Part shown: positions 24,714 to 38,581 of the stretch, one piece after another
Layout of the letters: every line of letters starts with the position of its first letter
Numbering within the stretch: the first letter of the stretch is position 1
NCBI GenBank assembly: GCA_050230475.1
Contig: JBFLGF010000198.1
Span: 1-64,000, forward strand
DNA from: Ancylonema sp.
Taxonomy: Eukaryota
Reading direction: 5' to 3'
DNA length: 64,000 nucleotides
Notes under the pieces: model-generated
Databases searched by the model: none
The model's input: the letters and a program-made list of their open reading frames with translations, nothing else
Told to the model about the DNA's origin: nothing
Translations under genes and position numbers: made by a program

Positions 24714-27700
24714 TCAAGTTTTGGAGTATATCGGTGTTCGTTGTTCTTGGAATGCAGCCAAGCCTTCTAGCCTATCGTTTGTGTGCAGCAACAAAGAGTA
24801 ACTCCTTTCTTCTAATATGAGTCCATCGTCTAAACAGCCCTCCATACCCGAATCAATAGCTTTCTTTGCTTGTTCCAATGATAACGGACCCTGCACTCCT
24901 CCCATACAATTGCAACACAATGGTGATTGTTTCCATCCAAATGTCGTATCTTATCCGATTCCCTGATTAACGTAACGGTAAGATTTATCTCATCAGTACT
25001 GCCTCCAAAGTAATTTGCCTACTTTTATCAAATTATCAATTTAAAAAACTCAGCCCGGTTTCGGGTTTGCACCCAACATCTGACAAGTGAATGTATGACG
25101 CGTCTCTACATGTACTTCATTCCCGTACCGATGAAATTTATGCAGCCAATTTTTTTTCTCGTAATGTTGCAGAGCATAAACAGGTCATTAGACTCAAAAC
25201 ATATTGGTATTTTCAAAACGAGGTATAGGTAGCGGGTAGCACACGACTACTTCATTGAACCCGTCATTTAGTTCACGAGGAAGAGGAAAACACTCCATGC
25301 TTGACAATACGTGCATCCAATCATGCATTGCCACCTCACCTTCCCGAGAATTGAACGCGCCATCTGCAGGGCCTTGTCGTACGCCTCCCCTCGTGGCACC
25401 ACGTGATTCAGTAAACCTGCGACCAAAAAAGAGAGGGACTCGCAAACGGAGTGTAAGAAATGTATGTTTGGAATTCGAATGCCATCTGATCGGTACGACC
25501 GAGTACAAATACAAGTCGACCACATGACTCATGGATGAAGACTTCTCGCAATGGGAGACCTGGAGAATAATCAGACATGACCCTCATTCGGGACCAAGTG
25601 TCGATAAGTCTGAATGATCCATGATGAGTTTAAATGTTTTTTAAACGTAAAACTGAACCTGAACCTGAACCTGAACCTGAACCTGAACCTGAACTTGAAC
25701 CTCGTTGCACCGTAAGTCGATTCCTCTCACACTCACCGATTCTTTCTGCCCGGTCAGCGCTGATTGGCTGCCCACCGAAAATTATTTCCTTGGCACGAGA
25801 AACGCCGACCAGCCTGGGCAGCCTCTGAGTGCCTCCAGCCCTGATGAGCCCAACAGGAGGGCACAGCACCAAACCCATTGAAGATTGAATAACATTGCAT
25901 TAAAATATCGTACATGGAAAATTTGGTATCATGGAAGGGTAGGCATGATGCGTCACAATGGAAAAACAAGTGGTCCTACGAAGAGGAGGGTGAAAAGGGA
26001 TAATAATAAAAAATAAAAAAAAATAAAAAAAAGGGGGGGAGGGGGGGGGGTTGGAAGGGAGCGTGATGCGGTTGAGGAGGGAGGGGGGGAGAAGAGGGGT
26101 CACCCCGGTATGATGGCGAGACCAGTTTCTGGGAACACGAACTCTGCGTCCTCCCCTGCCACACCACATCTACAGAACCTGGTAAGTGCAAGCGAGTCAG
26201 TGAACCTAAGCCATAAGAACCTTAAGAAAAATGATCACGACTCACACTAGCGAAGGAACATCGAACGTCTGCAGACTTAGTTCCTCTCTCATCTATCATT
26301 GCCTTCAACGCACCACCCAATGATTGGTTGTCAGCTGTCACCATTTGAGTGGTGGACTGTACCTCCTACTCTCATGTCGCATGCCAGCGCCATTTCAACC
26401 CCCCCTCCCAGCGCCTTCCCCTCCACCGCCGCGAGGGTTGGCATGGGGAGGGTCTGAAACAGCCCTCTCCCACCACTGAATCAACCAGGAGTGGGAGTAG
26501 GTGTAGGAAGGGGGGATTACTGGGGTGGAGTGGTGGAGGAGCGGGAGGCAGGAGTGAGGAGGGGTTGGCAGGGAGGGGAAGGTGGACCTGGGGACGGGTT
26601 TATTTTGGGGGGGAGTTATTAGGGGGGAGAGATTGTTGTTTGGGAGGAGATTAGTGAAAAAAAGGGAACCATTGCGTGGGTGTCCGTTCGAGTAGGAACC
26701 ATCGATTTGCTCTCAGATGAGTGTGTAGGGGGGGGGGGAAGGTATTGTGGACAGCTACAGGTGGCATCCTGTGAGCAAAGCAAGTGGGGGGGAGACGAAG
26801 GGTCTGCCCCTGCCGTTCTTACCGTGAGGGAATGGAAGGTGGTCCGAAGGGAGGTGACAAACTTGGAAGCTTCCTCCGCACTCATCGTGCGGCGCTCCTG
26901 TGAGAAAGGGACACATTTACGGCGGATACGCGGTCATGATGCAGGTATCGATCTTCCCAGACTCACTACAAAACTTGGAGAAATGAACAAGAGGTGCCAG
27001 GTGAAATATGAAAAAAAAAAAAAAAAAAAGGGGGAGGGGTGGGGTTGTACGCAACACGCTTGATGAATTTCGTGTCTGTCCAGTAATGAGGAGGGGCTGC
27101 TACTTAGTCCCAATGTCAGCAATGGGGTGACGGTGGGTATTAATTGAGAGGGGCATTCTTTTTTCCATTCCAAACTGACCTTTAGATCCGCTCCTGCACA
27201 GAAGATTCCCGCCACCAAGCTTCTCAAAACAACCACTCGGACTGAATCGTCACATCGGACAGATTTTAGAGCGGAGTCTAGTTGAAGGAGGAGCGCTTTC
27301 CCGATGGCGTTCTTGGTCTTGGGACGGTTCAAGGAGAAGACTACGATTCCTGGGAGCAGATTGAAGATGGTGGAGAGAGGCGTGTTATATCAGGTGAGGC
27401 TTTGACAGTGCTGCGATGATAGTGTTTTTGGTGAGTTTTTGTATGGCAGGTTGGGAGTTTGGGGCCTCCTTGGTCTCAGGTGTAGGTGGGATGGACACGG
27501 AATGCTGACGTGGAGGACAACGTTTGGAAGATACTGCTTCTGTTTTGGGTGGGGGGGGGGTGGCTGTAGTCCTTGTTGCTTGCATCAGCGAAGGAGTATT
27601 TTCGGAATGGAAACGACATGGTTGCGGACATGACACGCTTACTAGTTGTGCTCGAGTGGGATACAGTGGCTTTGTTTACTTTTTCACTTTACTTTTTTAC

Positions 27701-28327
27701 TTTCTATAACTGCATTCCATATTTTTTATACACTCCCAGAGGAGGATTCCAAGAAAGTGAGTGACAATGTACACTTTGTTTACCACAAGAATGCTGGGAG
27801 CAATGCCGGGAATATTTTGTATCGTTTCGTCGTATCCTTTCTTAGCTCAGAATTTGTGCTGTGCACCTTGAGTAGTCAATAATCTTGTCTGCTCTTCACT
27901 GTGACGACGCGCATAATCTCTGAAAGCGGGCAACAACAGCACATTTTCATCGAGAATGACATACTTTCGACCATTTTTGCATATTCAAGGTGCACGGAGG
28001 CGCACCTGTATTCTCGTCAGTAAGTCTATCCACCTGCAACTCCTCTGCAAGTGCTTGCGATTGAAATCCTCTGTCGCTCCAGCGCAGAGTCTCTGGGGGA
28101 ATATGGCTGACGAAATTCATGCAAGGGAGGTATGACTGAGCACGTTTCGTTGCGGACGCCATGGTTGGACATGAGGGAATGGGGGTGCGGACGGATAGTG
28201 CTTCGAATTCGCCGATTTCGTGTTTCTTACACTGAGAAAATGGGATTTTTTGCAACGAGTTCTGACCCCTGCTTGAGAGATTACCGACTACACGTGCGAA
28301 CCCAGCGCTTGCTACTCTGGACGCCAT
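24714..28327 (-). CDS. Enoyl-CoA hydratase/crotonase, methylglutaconyl-CoA hydratase (AUH)-like, probably mitochondrial, about 355 aa; exons 28006-28327, 27180-27349, 26823-26897, 26363-26453, 26104-26155, 25737-25840, 25340-25416, 24714-24890
   Basis: Eight exons splice to 1068 nt. Motifs [68 protein letters not shown]. Basic/Ser-rich N-terminal extension. Confidence 0.92.
25655..25702. repeat. (GAACCT)n intronic hexamer microsatellite
   Basis: About 8 tandem units in intron 6 of the hydratase gene. Confidence 0.9.
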
Positions 28328-29459
28328 TCCCGGAGCTGGCTTCTATTGTTAGTGAGTTTTTCAGAAGATGCTTGACCAGTCTGCGTCACATTGGGTCAGA
28401 GTGATACATCTAGAATCAGATTTCAATGTTTCCATTTTGGAAAATTGTGGCGTGCACTGTGTCTCCATAGTCTTTGCTCTGTCTGGAAGTCGATGGCTAC
28501 CAGAATTCGGTCCCGCATGGTCAAACGCATAGATATACCCGCGCGCGGGCGGTTAATTTCCCGCCCACCTTTGCTCGCGGGGGTTTCGCCCGCAGGCGCC
28601 GCCCGACCGCTCGTTACCGGGCGCGCTGAAATTCGGGACTTCAAGAAAGCAAAATAAAAAATGCATAGCTTCTAGCTTTTATATTCAAAACTAAAACAAA
28701 GTTTCATGTAGATGGGACTATGTAGTTGATATAAGCACTTTTTATTTTTTTATTTCGATTAATGTGGAGTTCAAAAAACTGAAAACACCAGAATCCTAAA
28801 AATAGTTGTATAGTGACAGCCCTAGCATTCGATTTAGTGACATTATATCCCTATGTCTTCTAAAATTGTCACTATATCAAGACTGCACTGTATATACCCG
28901 CACACCACGTGAACATTTTCGCCCGCGTTCCGTCCGCATGCGAAACCACCTGCGGGTTCCGCTTGGCGGAGATTTTGATGGCGTGTACATCTATGGTCAA
29001 ACATTTGTTCATATCTTCGTGTCTTTTGTCAAGAGAGTGTTGACGAAGTGGTCTTCCCTTCTACAGTGCAGTCTTGATAAAAACGTATTGTATAAAGTGA
29101 CAATCGCTATAGTGACACACGTTATAGTGGAATGTTTATTTTTTATTTTATTTTTTTTGCGGTTCATAGTTCGGAATTTATGTAGCTCTCTTCAACAAAA
29201 TATGCAAGTACTTTGTTGCTTAGTACGACCTTAATACACACCAACTCTCATCGAAAAGTTGTATAAATATATTTTGCTAGTTGCAATGTAGTGATCTCAA
29301 TACACACTTGTGTAACTTGCATCACAAAGCACACGTTGAATGAAATAATGATGCCAAGGAGACTTACTCTAGGCAACATGCAAACAACCCATTTGATTAT
29401 TTACTTTGCTTAATTCACGAAGTCCCTCGATACAGATACACACATTTTGAAACCTAGTA

Positions 29460-30043
29460 CAGTATAACCTGTGTAAAGGAATACTACCTAAAGGATTAAC
29501 TTGTTTAAAGGAATAGAAAATGTCCCCCCCAACGTTGGGGGAGTGTAATTATTCAAAAATTTGCATAACTGTCTAAAGGAATACTTTTCTAGCCCCCCGT
29601 GATACGTGTAAATGAATAAAGTACAGAATCCGTACATTTTCTGACATATTTGTGTTCATTTGTACTGGATTCGTATCTCCCAGGTTGTTAAACGTTACGA
29701 AGAAACACGCTAAACGAAAAAATAGGGCCGGGGTCATATTTTGCTGGTGGTACTAGTGCCTTTCACGTGCACGTACTTCGTTGGACTGATAGATTTGGCG
29801 CCTAGTATCTCCATGATTGTGGGAAGTCACTCCATAGGAGGCTAAACGACAAAGTATTGGCCGTGTGAACCGGGAAAACACGTTTGAATAACGGATTCTG
29901 AGCTCGATACTGGCTTGTTTTCCGTCGGATGCACACGGGAACGGGTTTCACTACATTTAGAACCAAAATTGTATAAATGCATGACCTCTCTAAAGGAATA
30001 CTTTTTCTCCTCCCGACAGTATTCCTTTAGACAGGTTATACTG
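29460..30043. mobile_element. pogo/Tc1-mariner-like MITE
   Basis: 26-bp TIRs CAGTATAACCTGTGTAAAGGAATACT / AGTATTCCTTTAGACAGGTTATACTG, flanked by TA on both sides; internal TAAAGGA repeats. Confidence 0.85.
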
Positions 30044-31149
30044 TAGTGAATATCTTTCTGTAGTGTATGAGGACACCTCGATATAAGGACATTTTTTTTT
30101 AACAACCACGTATGCGAAACCACTACACACGCAGATCGCCCTCCGTTTGGAAACCATGCCCGTTGTCACGGATTCCTTTGTCTGGGAAGGAGTGAAGGAC
30201 AGATGTATATCCGGGTACCAAATTCGGCCTCGGCCCCAACACATCACCATTGGCAATGTAGGCATATGTCACCAACTCAATTTCAAAAGCGTGGAACTAA
30301 TACACCATGTTCTCACACATGTCTACACGTGGTCAACATTCTTGCTAATGGTCAACCGCTTGAATGCATTATAAGGAGATCCAAGAACAATATCACTTTT
30401 ATTATAACTCATGTGAACACTATTTTTTTCTAAGCAATAAAACCATTTGGAGCCTCCTCGCGCGACAATATAGCAAACAAACATTGGCATCAATCATAAC
30501 TCTCGACTATTGTTGAAATCTAGATTTTCCTTTGCCACTCCACTTCTTCGGTCCCTGCAAGGGGGGATGGGGGGGGGAAGGGAGACAATAAATCTCCATA
30601 TACAATGTACTCGTTGGTACCCTAGGTCCTTGTAGTAAGGAGAGGCATTATGCTCACATTGTTTCCCACTTCCACCCTAGGCACCCGCCTCAACATTTTG
30701 AAACCTACTCATAACATTGTCTCATTTGTCCTGATCAAGGCAAGAACACTAACCACCCACCTGCGCTTTCTTCTTCTTTTTGTTTTTGCCGTTTTTCTTA
30801 TTTCCGTGGACTGGGTCCGCCGCTCCCTCAATTTCGCGCTTCAACAACGTTGGAGCCTCTGTTCTTGCACCTGGCGGTCCTACAAACCCACCGACCGTGG
30901 GTGGCCCCTGCAAGGAATCTATTCCAACCAACAAAGATTGTAAGGGATTAAAGGTATGCGGGTAGCAAAAACAAACACAAGCAATTCTTTCTTTTTTACT
31001 ATATTTTGATTATTTGGAAGTTGAATACCCAGTGCGGAGCCCGGGTATGGTTACGCTAAGCGTGAGGGGCTGGCCGGTTCGCTACCTCCTCGTATGGATA
31101 TTGAAGAGTGCCCAACCCCTTGTCCAATGGTACATCAAGTGGGTACATC

Positions 31150-31322
31150 TAGTATAACCTGTCTAAAGGAATACTGTCTAGAGGATTAACCTCTCTAAAA
31201 GAGTATAAAAATCCGGTCCCAACACCGGATTTGCTGGGAACCGTTGGTGCCTAAGTGAATAATCTGCCTAAAGGATTTTTCCCCCCCGGTCACAAGAATA
31301 TTCTTTCAGACATGTTTTACTC
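31150..31322. mobile_element. Short degenerate member of the same pogo-like MITE family
   Basis: AGTATAACCTGTCTAAAGGAATACT left end and decayed right TIR ATATTCTTTCAGACATGTTTTACTC. Confidence 0.7.
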
Positions 31323-31756
31323 TACACGTACTTGTTCAGATGTTGATAACTCCGACAGTACATCTTTATTCTCGAATCTACGTTCTCGTGCCGCGGGGGG
31401 TAGGTATGTGGGGAATGAGACCAACCTATGAGCCGCACGTTTGCATACATATGCCACTTCCTCCCTCCTGCATCCTTTGGTAAAGCCAAGAGGTCTTGAT
31501 AGGATTCAAGGGTGATCATTGCGGCCACAGAGTTAGCTTCGTTGTCAAAACAGGTTGGTGTGTTCCAGTGCACGGAGGTTCTGCCGAGGAGAATGCCATT
31601 CACGGATTCAAGTAAGCGTTCCTTGAGGTCAAGAACTGTGGTATCGTTATCGTTCAGGCACATTCTGACTGCATCAGAAGGCGCGACGCCGCGAATAATG
31701 AGCTTGATCCAATACTGGCGGGTCATTTTCTTGAGGTAAGTCCTCGCCTGCGACAA
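31322..31756 (-). other. Unassigned ORF, possibly a ubiquitin-like fold fragment
   Basis: 144-aa ORF with YWIKLII...TTVLDLKERLLE pattern. No firm family recognition. Confidence 0.25.
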
Positions 31757-32033
31757 CAGCTCTGGAAACCGACTGGAATCTCCAAACGACGCGTATCACT
31801 TACTTGTTTATTTCCTTCGTATCACGGGCATATTCTGTGGCGTCCAGCACAAAACATTTAGTGAGAAGTTGATTCTTTCAGAATGCCGATTGGTAGAATA
31901 ATGCTCCATGTTACGTCTTAAACATCTGAAAGTACAACACCTTAAGGACAAGGCACTGCGCAGGTACAAGAGAAATAAATGCAAGCTCGTGCAGAGAGGC
32001 CACGCATCGGTAAACTGGCGTACATGTTGCTAC

Positions 32034-32483
32034 TATAAGCTTTTGAGTGATTGGACGTGCCGGAATAATTAGGTGGGCGACAAAACGAACCGTAGGTGGG
32101 CGACAAAACGAACCGTACGCAAAAGGATCTCTCTCACTCATGATCAACGAGACAGGAGTTGCGGGTGTGGAACGAATTATTATTGTGATTGCATCGGGGA
32201 TGGTAATACCCGATGCGCTTTAAAGATTGTTGTGTGCCGACCTATCATTGACTGACAGCTCTTCTAAATGTCAACGGCACATGCCGGACATTTCTGACAC
32301 GACTAAACAAGCCAATCACGACGCGTCAAACAAATAACGTCTCTAAGCGTCGGCAACATGTCAGGTGCCCGGGCACAAACTTGCCCGGCCCCGCATACAG
32401 GCACATCTAGGAATATTGGTTAGAGTAACCGGTTACAACTGGACTAGCAAGCATAACATATGGCTATCCAAAATATTCCAACA
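32034..32483 (-). repeat. 3' LTR of copia element
   Basis: Highly similar to 38126-38581 and 39988-40438; reads TGTTGGAATATT...AAGCTTATA on the minus strand. Confidence 0.92.
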
Positions 32484-35400
32484 CACCCCCTCGGATGCCA
32501 TGATAAAGTTGGCACAGATGCAGACATCAAAAGGAGTACCCAAGTCATTGCCAAATCTTGGCAGAACCATTGCATAACATATACAGCAGTTTTGGTCGTC
32601 CCTAGCATACAAGCGTGCTAGGGGTTTCTATCGACAAATGCAGCCGTTCGGAAGCCGATCGGAACTCCATGAAGTCGAAGACTTGGTCGTTTTTCAGGCC
32701 GAAGCCCTGAACATACAAACAAATACCACGAGTTAGGCGAAACAAAAAAACATGAAAATATTTTTATTTTTAACTTTTTCAACTTTATGATTCTGAAAAT
32801 TTTACACTTTCCAGTCAGAAAAATCTCAAAACAGGCATAACTTCAAAATTACCAGTCCTATCAGCACCAACTTTTGACACAAGTTTTGCAACAATGATTG
32901 ACATACATTCGAAAATTCAGAACAAACTGACAGGTTTAAAGTGCAGATCCACACTGATCTTAAAGTGTCCTTAAGCGTTTTCAAGTGTAAGGTATTAAGG
33001 TGAGAGTGTGACTTAGCTGGATGAGCTGAAGTTGGTGTATCCTCCCCATTACTTTTGCATGAAAGAAACATAACAACACCCCCTGCCAACACTGGCATTC
33101 GAAACCTCTGATCATAAAAATAAAAGAAAGGACTGACACCCCCATTTCAGTATAACCGTCCAAAACCTAGACTTTTGCTGTGTCTGTCCAGTAAAACTTG
33201 AGGAGGAGCTTTGGTTAGCATATCTGCTGGTTGATTTGCGCCTGCAAGATACACATATTTAGTCTCCCGTGCTGTGGCATTCCCGTACCCAGTGATATAC
33301 CACATTAAAGTGTTTTGCTTTCTGTCGTTGCACAGGATTCTGGATCATAGAGCTGAGGTTGAGTCAGTGTGGATTGATTTGGTAAATTTGAGTTCTTTCA
33401 AGAGAGACTTTAAATAACAGCACTCTTTAGATACACTACAGGCAGCGATATATTCAGCCTGAGCAGTGCTCTGTGCAACAGTGGACTGCTTCTGCGACTT
33501 CCAACTCAGTGCTGTCCCCCCAACCGTGGTTACCCATCCTGTGACTGACTTTCCTGTCATGCTGCAACTGTTCCATGATGCATCGCAGTAACCCTTTACT
33601 TCAAAGCTGTCTTTACCCACAAACGTCAGTCCGTGGTTCACAGTCCCTTTAAGGTATCTGAATAGTTGATGTAACGCCCTTATGTGTGTGACCCCAGGAT
33701 TTCCCATGTGTTTAGCCAGTACCCCAAGTGCATACCCGATGTCCAGTCTGGTTTGTTTCATGGCATATATGAGAGATCCCACTTTCCCTCGAAAGTCTGT
33801 TATTTTTCTTCAGGGGTAGGGGGAAGAGTTGGTTCCATTCTGTGTAAACTGAGTTCCAGGGGCTAGAGGGAGTTTGGTTGGATTACACTCATGCATCCCA
33901 TAACGTTCGAGTACTCCCCTTAAGAAACCTGACTGTCCCAGTGTGAGCAGTTTTCTCTGTCTATCCCTCTTCACTTCCACCCCCAGGATATGGGTTAGGG
34001 GACCCAGATCCTTGACTTTGAACTTTTTACCCATGTCTTCTTTAAAAGTTTTGACCACCATTGCGTTACGACCTGTGATCACCTGATCATCTACATGTAT
34101 GCCCAGTATGATTCTGTTGTCTGCTTCCCCCCTCATATATATACATGTGTCCATGTCGCATTGTGTAAACCCTTCAGATATCATAAACTTTCTGAACATC
34201 TCTTGCCACACGTGGCTACACGTGGCTAGTCCGTACAAAGCACCCTTCAGTCGTAAGACCTTTCCCTCAGCACCCCCTTTGATATACATACGTGGTGGTA
34301 TTTTCATAAACCTCTTCTTCCAAACGTCCATACAGGAACGTTGTGATTACGTCCATTTCTGTTCCAGCTCCCAGTCATATTGGTTGGCTATAGAGAGGAG
34401 TAGGGTGATAGATGTACTGTCGATTACTGGTGCAAATACTTCGTTATAGTTAATACCCTCTTGCTGTAAGAATCCCTGTGCGACCACTCTGACTTTATAT
34501 CTTTCAATATCCCCTTGAGGTGTTGTTTTGACCTTAAAAACATATATACTCCCCACAGCCTCCCACACCTGGAGGAAGTACACACACCTCAAAGGTGTTG
34601 AACGTCTCCAGGGCAGCGAGAGCTCTTCCACAATGGCCCTGTCCCACTGGTCCCAGTTGGATCATCGCATGTTGAGGGTGAGTGGCTCGGAGGAGTTGCT
34701 GTTTGATGCTACGCATGCGTAGCCAGGATCGACAGGACCGTTGAAGCCAGTGTAGAAGCAGCTGGGCTCCCACTCAGTCGCTGAGTAGTTGGCATGGGCT
34801 GCGTCATCGAACTCCTCCCCATCACATCACATGAGATCCCCATACTCAGCAAAGTTGGCTCGTCTTCTGGCCATCACTATGCTGCCTTCCTGCCTGGCTC
34901 CCCCACTCATGGGTTCGCACCCCCTCCTTGCACCTCCTCCTCCCCTGCATCTCCACCTCCTGCGTTGTTGATCCCTGACTGACTGGCTGTCGGACAGCTC
35001 AATCGTGGCGTTAGGGACCTCAGTAGCTTGTGGCTGGAAGTCGTCGTGCGGATAGTCGATGGCAGCTGCTGGCTCAGGGACTGCTGGTTCTGCTGGTGCT
35101 GGGATTGGCTGCAAAACTGCTGGCATCGGCTGCAGAACTGCTAGCATGATTGGGTGGACTGCTGCTGCTGGCATGTTGGGGTGAACTGCTGCTGCTGGCA
35201 CAACTGCTGCTGCGGGTTCATCTTCGGTGTCGGGGAATAGATAGAAAAAGTGTTTTTCTGCTGCCACCTGAACCTGGGGAGCTCTCCTCCCCATGAGCTT
35301 CGGGTACCCCGGCACCTCCTCGAAGAACCGCACGTCCATGCGTGATATCACCCCCCCACCCTATGGGTCGAAAACATTGTAGCCTGCGCTCCCCGCAGCC

Positions 35401-38125
35401 ATCCCAGAAACACACCAAAGCACGTGCGAGGGGCAAACTTGTCCCCTTGACTGTTCTTTTCCCCCCCAACCTTCAGATCTTGGACCAGACCCCCGAAATT
35501 ATGACTTTTATTAACTGTCATGTTCTTTCCCTCCCAGACCTCAATTGGAATTCTCCCAGAGAAAGCGACTTAGTGGGTGTTCTGTTCCTTAACCAGTTTG
35601 CATGTAATAATGCCACAACATCCCAATAAGACTTCGGTAGACCTGACCAGACCTGACCTGCATCGCATTTTTTCTGTCAATGTTCTATTCAGTCTTTCAC
35701 AGATTCCGTTTGTTCAGGACTATATGCTTCTGTGGTTTGCTTGTCAATACCCTTCCCCCCACAGTAGTTTATCCAGTTCCTGAGACATATACTCCCCTCC
35801 CTTGTCTGTCCGAATAGACTGTAGGGGCAAACCTGACTGGACCTCGAGCAATTGTATAGTGACTCTTGCTCGGTTCAGTGCTTCATCCTTTGTTTTTAGC
35901 AAGCTGACAAATGACAGACGTGTGGATACCTCAATCCTTGTCTGAGCATATGTAAATCCTCCGTTAGCTGACCTGACAGACAGTGGTCCAATGAGATCCA
36001 GGTGGATGCGACCCATCTTGGGGCATGTCCCCAGATCCGCACTGACCTTAGCATGACTGAGCTGAATCATCTTCCCCTGACAACAAACCTGATATCCCTT
36101 TACTTCAGTTAATTCTCCCTGACTTAACTCTGGGATGTCACCACGTCTGGCGAAATCTGACATCACATCAGAACTGGGGTGACCCAGTTTGTGATGCCAG
36201 ACCATGCCTGTGGACAAATTTGTTGTTGTATCATGAGATCCAGGCATGACGATTGTGGCAGCAAGCAAAGTCAGACCACTAGGCTGCTGCAGCACATCAG
36301 CCCATTTCACATTTCCCTTGTTTAATTCAGGACCCGTGGGCAGCTGTAGAAAGCTCAGCCCACCTCTTCTGACGAGGCACGATGTCGACACGAGGGTGCA
36401 GGCCAAAGGTTGGGGGTAGGGACGTGAGCTGAGTGGTTGCACAAAGACAGCGTCGCCCATTCCTCACTCGGATGTGCACGAAAACCAGTGCCCTCCACCT
36501 TGGTGTGACGAGCCGTCAGCAGTGGTGATGGAAGGCCTGCTGCGTGCTCAGGGTAGGTGTGTTACTCCACAAAAATGTTCACCGTGCCGTGAAAATGTGG
36601 TCGGTAGCACCTGAATGGATCAGGGAGTCTGGGGAGTGAGAACCAGCAGACAATGCCCGGGCAACCTCGAACGAGAAAGCACCGAAAGCTAACTAATCCA
36701 CATTAGCGTTGAAAGGTTTGTCAGCAAAGCGAGCAAGTCTAGCTTGTGCATCAGCCCTCCTAGCAGCTTCTGGGTTCATTAGAGCCATGTCCAGATGTTT
36801 TTTTCTACAATGCAATGTTCAATCGTATGCCCTATAATCAATATCTGCACTTCTGCCTCCCCCCTGAACTTCCCTGAGTAGCGTGCGCAACATTTCCAGC
36901 TGCTGGCGATGTCGCAGGGCACTGAGCAGCTCGGTGGCCTGCCTGGTGGCACGTATGACACTTCCAAGCTCCCGCATGGCCTCCGCCAGGAGCTGGTGAA
37001 GGGCAGTTCGCTCTGATGTGCCCGAATTTGTGGCAGCCGAAGCATTCGACGCCTGCAGCGTCTCTGCGACCAGCTCCAGTCGCACCACCAGATCTGCTGC
37101 TACCTCCTGCTCCATTTCCCCCCCCAGGTCCACCATAATGCGCTTGGTGACCTCCTGGCAGCGCCCCCCTTTTCCGCTCATTCAGCCTCTTCCGCACGTC
37201 GTCTCGCAGCAGCGCACTCACGATGTGTGGGATCGTGAAGAGGTGTGGCGACGACTCGGACCATGGCATCAGCGTTGAGACCATTGGGCTGTAATGCGTG
37301 TTTAACGAGTTTCACCAGGTTGATCGCCTGCTTCGTCGGAGATACTGGCGCCCCCAATTTTTTCAGATCCTGATGCAGCTGCTGCAGACGCTTGACGTAC
37401 ACGTTGAGGTCCTCCGCCTCTGTCTGAATGATCGCGCTCAGCAGTGCTTCTGTATTGCGATCTCGATCGCACCCTGCACCTAGTAGAATGTTCTCAAGGC
37501 ATCCCACATTCCGGCTGTAGTGCAGTCCGTGACGTGCGTCAGCTCCGGAAGGACCTAGGTGCTTCACAATGTACGACATAGCAGCAGATGATCTTCATCC
37601 CCTTTCTCCAGCTCCAGCAGCTGCTGGGAAATCTGCTGTTGTCTGACCAATATTTCGACATCCACGTCGATCCCCCTGGCGGCAAATTGCAGCTCGTTGT
37701 TCAGGTGTCAATGGAAGGATAACGTCTGGGCGACACTTTCGCGGCAAACTGTCCCAATCCATCACCAAACGGATGCAGTTTCTTGTCCGCCAGCCCATTG
37801 ACCTTGAAGGCCCATCGTGTATAATCAGCTCCAGTAAATTGAGGGATTTGCGACCTATCCTCCGTCATTATGGCAGCTATTGTTTAGGATTTCACAAAAA
37901 TTCTCGCTCAGCTCGAGTTCTCAGTGCAATTCCTGCACTGCAGCACTCAGCTCAAAAACGTGCAGCGCAATGTCAAAATTACGTCCAGACCTTAACAACT
38001 ACGAATATATTTGCGCTCACTGGCAGAATATACCGTTCACAGAGATTACCGCAGCGAAATCGCGTGGAGCCTTTAGTTTTTAACCAACACGGCGTCTGAA
38101 CTAGACCGCACGTGGGCCCATAACC

Positions 38126-38581
38126 TATAAGCTTTTGATTGATTAGACGTGCCCGGAATAATTAGGTGGGCGACAAAACGAACCGTACGCAAAAGGATCT
38201 CTATCACTGATGATCAACGAGACAGGAGTTGCGTGTGTGGAACGAATTATTATTGTGATTGCATCGGGGATGGTAATACCCGATGCGCTTTACAGATTGT
38301 AGTGTGCCGACGGTCGGCACAATTGACCGTCGGCCTATCATTGACTGACAGCTCTTCTACATGTCAACGGCACATGCCGGACATTTCTGACACGACTAAA
38401 CAAGCCAGTCACGACGCTTCAAACAAATAACGTCTCTAAGCGTCGGAAACATGTCAGGTGCCCGGGCACAATCTTGCCCGGCCCCGCATACAGGCACATC
38501 TAGAACATTGCTCCCGGTTATAGTCACCGGTCACAACTGGACTAGCACGCATAACATATGGCTATCCAAAATATTCTAACA
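38126..38581 (-). repeat. 5' LTR of copia element (middle LTR)
   Basis: Same LTR family; followed on the minus strand by the PBS at 38113-38125. Confidence 0.92.

Larger units (their letters stand above)
32034..38581 (-). mobile_element. Full-length but frameshifted Ty1/copia LTR retrotransposon (Hemivirus/Osser-like priming)
   Basis: LTRs 38126-38581 and 32034-32483; PBS GGTTATGGGCCCA next to the 5' LTR; PPT GAGGGGGTG next to the 3' LTR. Order gag with two CCHC knuckles (CFGCHKFGHIRANC, CHTCHQAGHRAAQC), protease, WHHKLGH, integrase (IHLDLIGP, IRTDKGGEY), RT (VAQGF, KGALYGL, HVDD), RNase H (YCDASW, STAQAEY). Confidence 0.95.

Noticed and set aside
25655..25702. GAACCT array as interstitial telomere or SG-repeat protein
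   Set aside because: It does not match TTTAGGG/TTAGGG-type repeats and lies in an intron.
31024..31060. Helitron-like 3' hairpin (TACCCAG...CGGGTA then GCTAAG)
   Set aside because: It lacks the CTRR-T terminus context and no 5' end can be identified.
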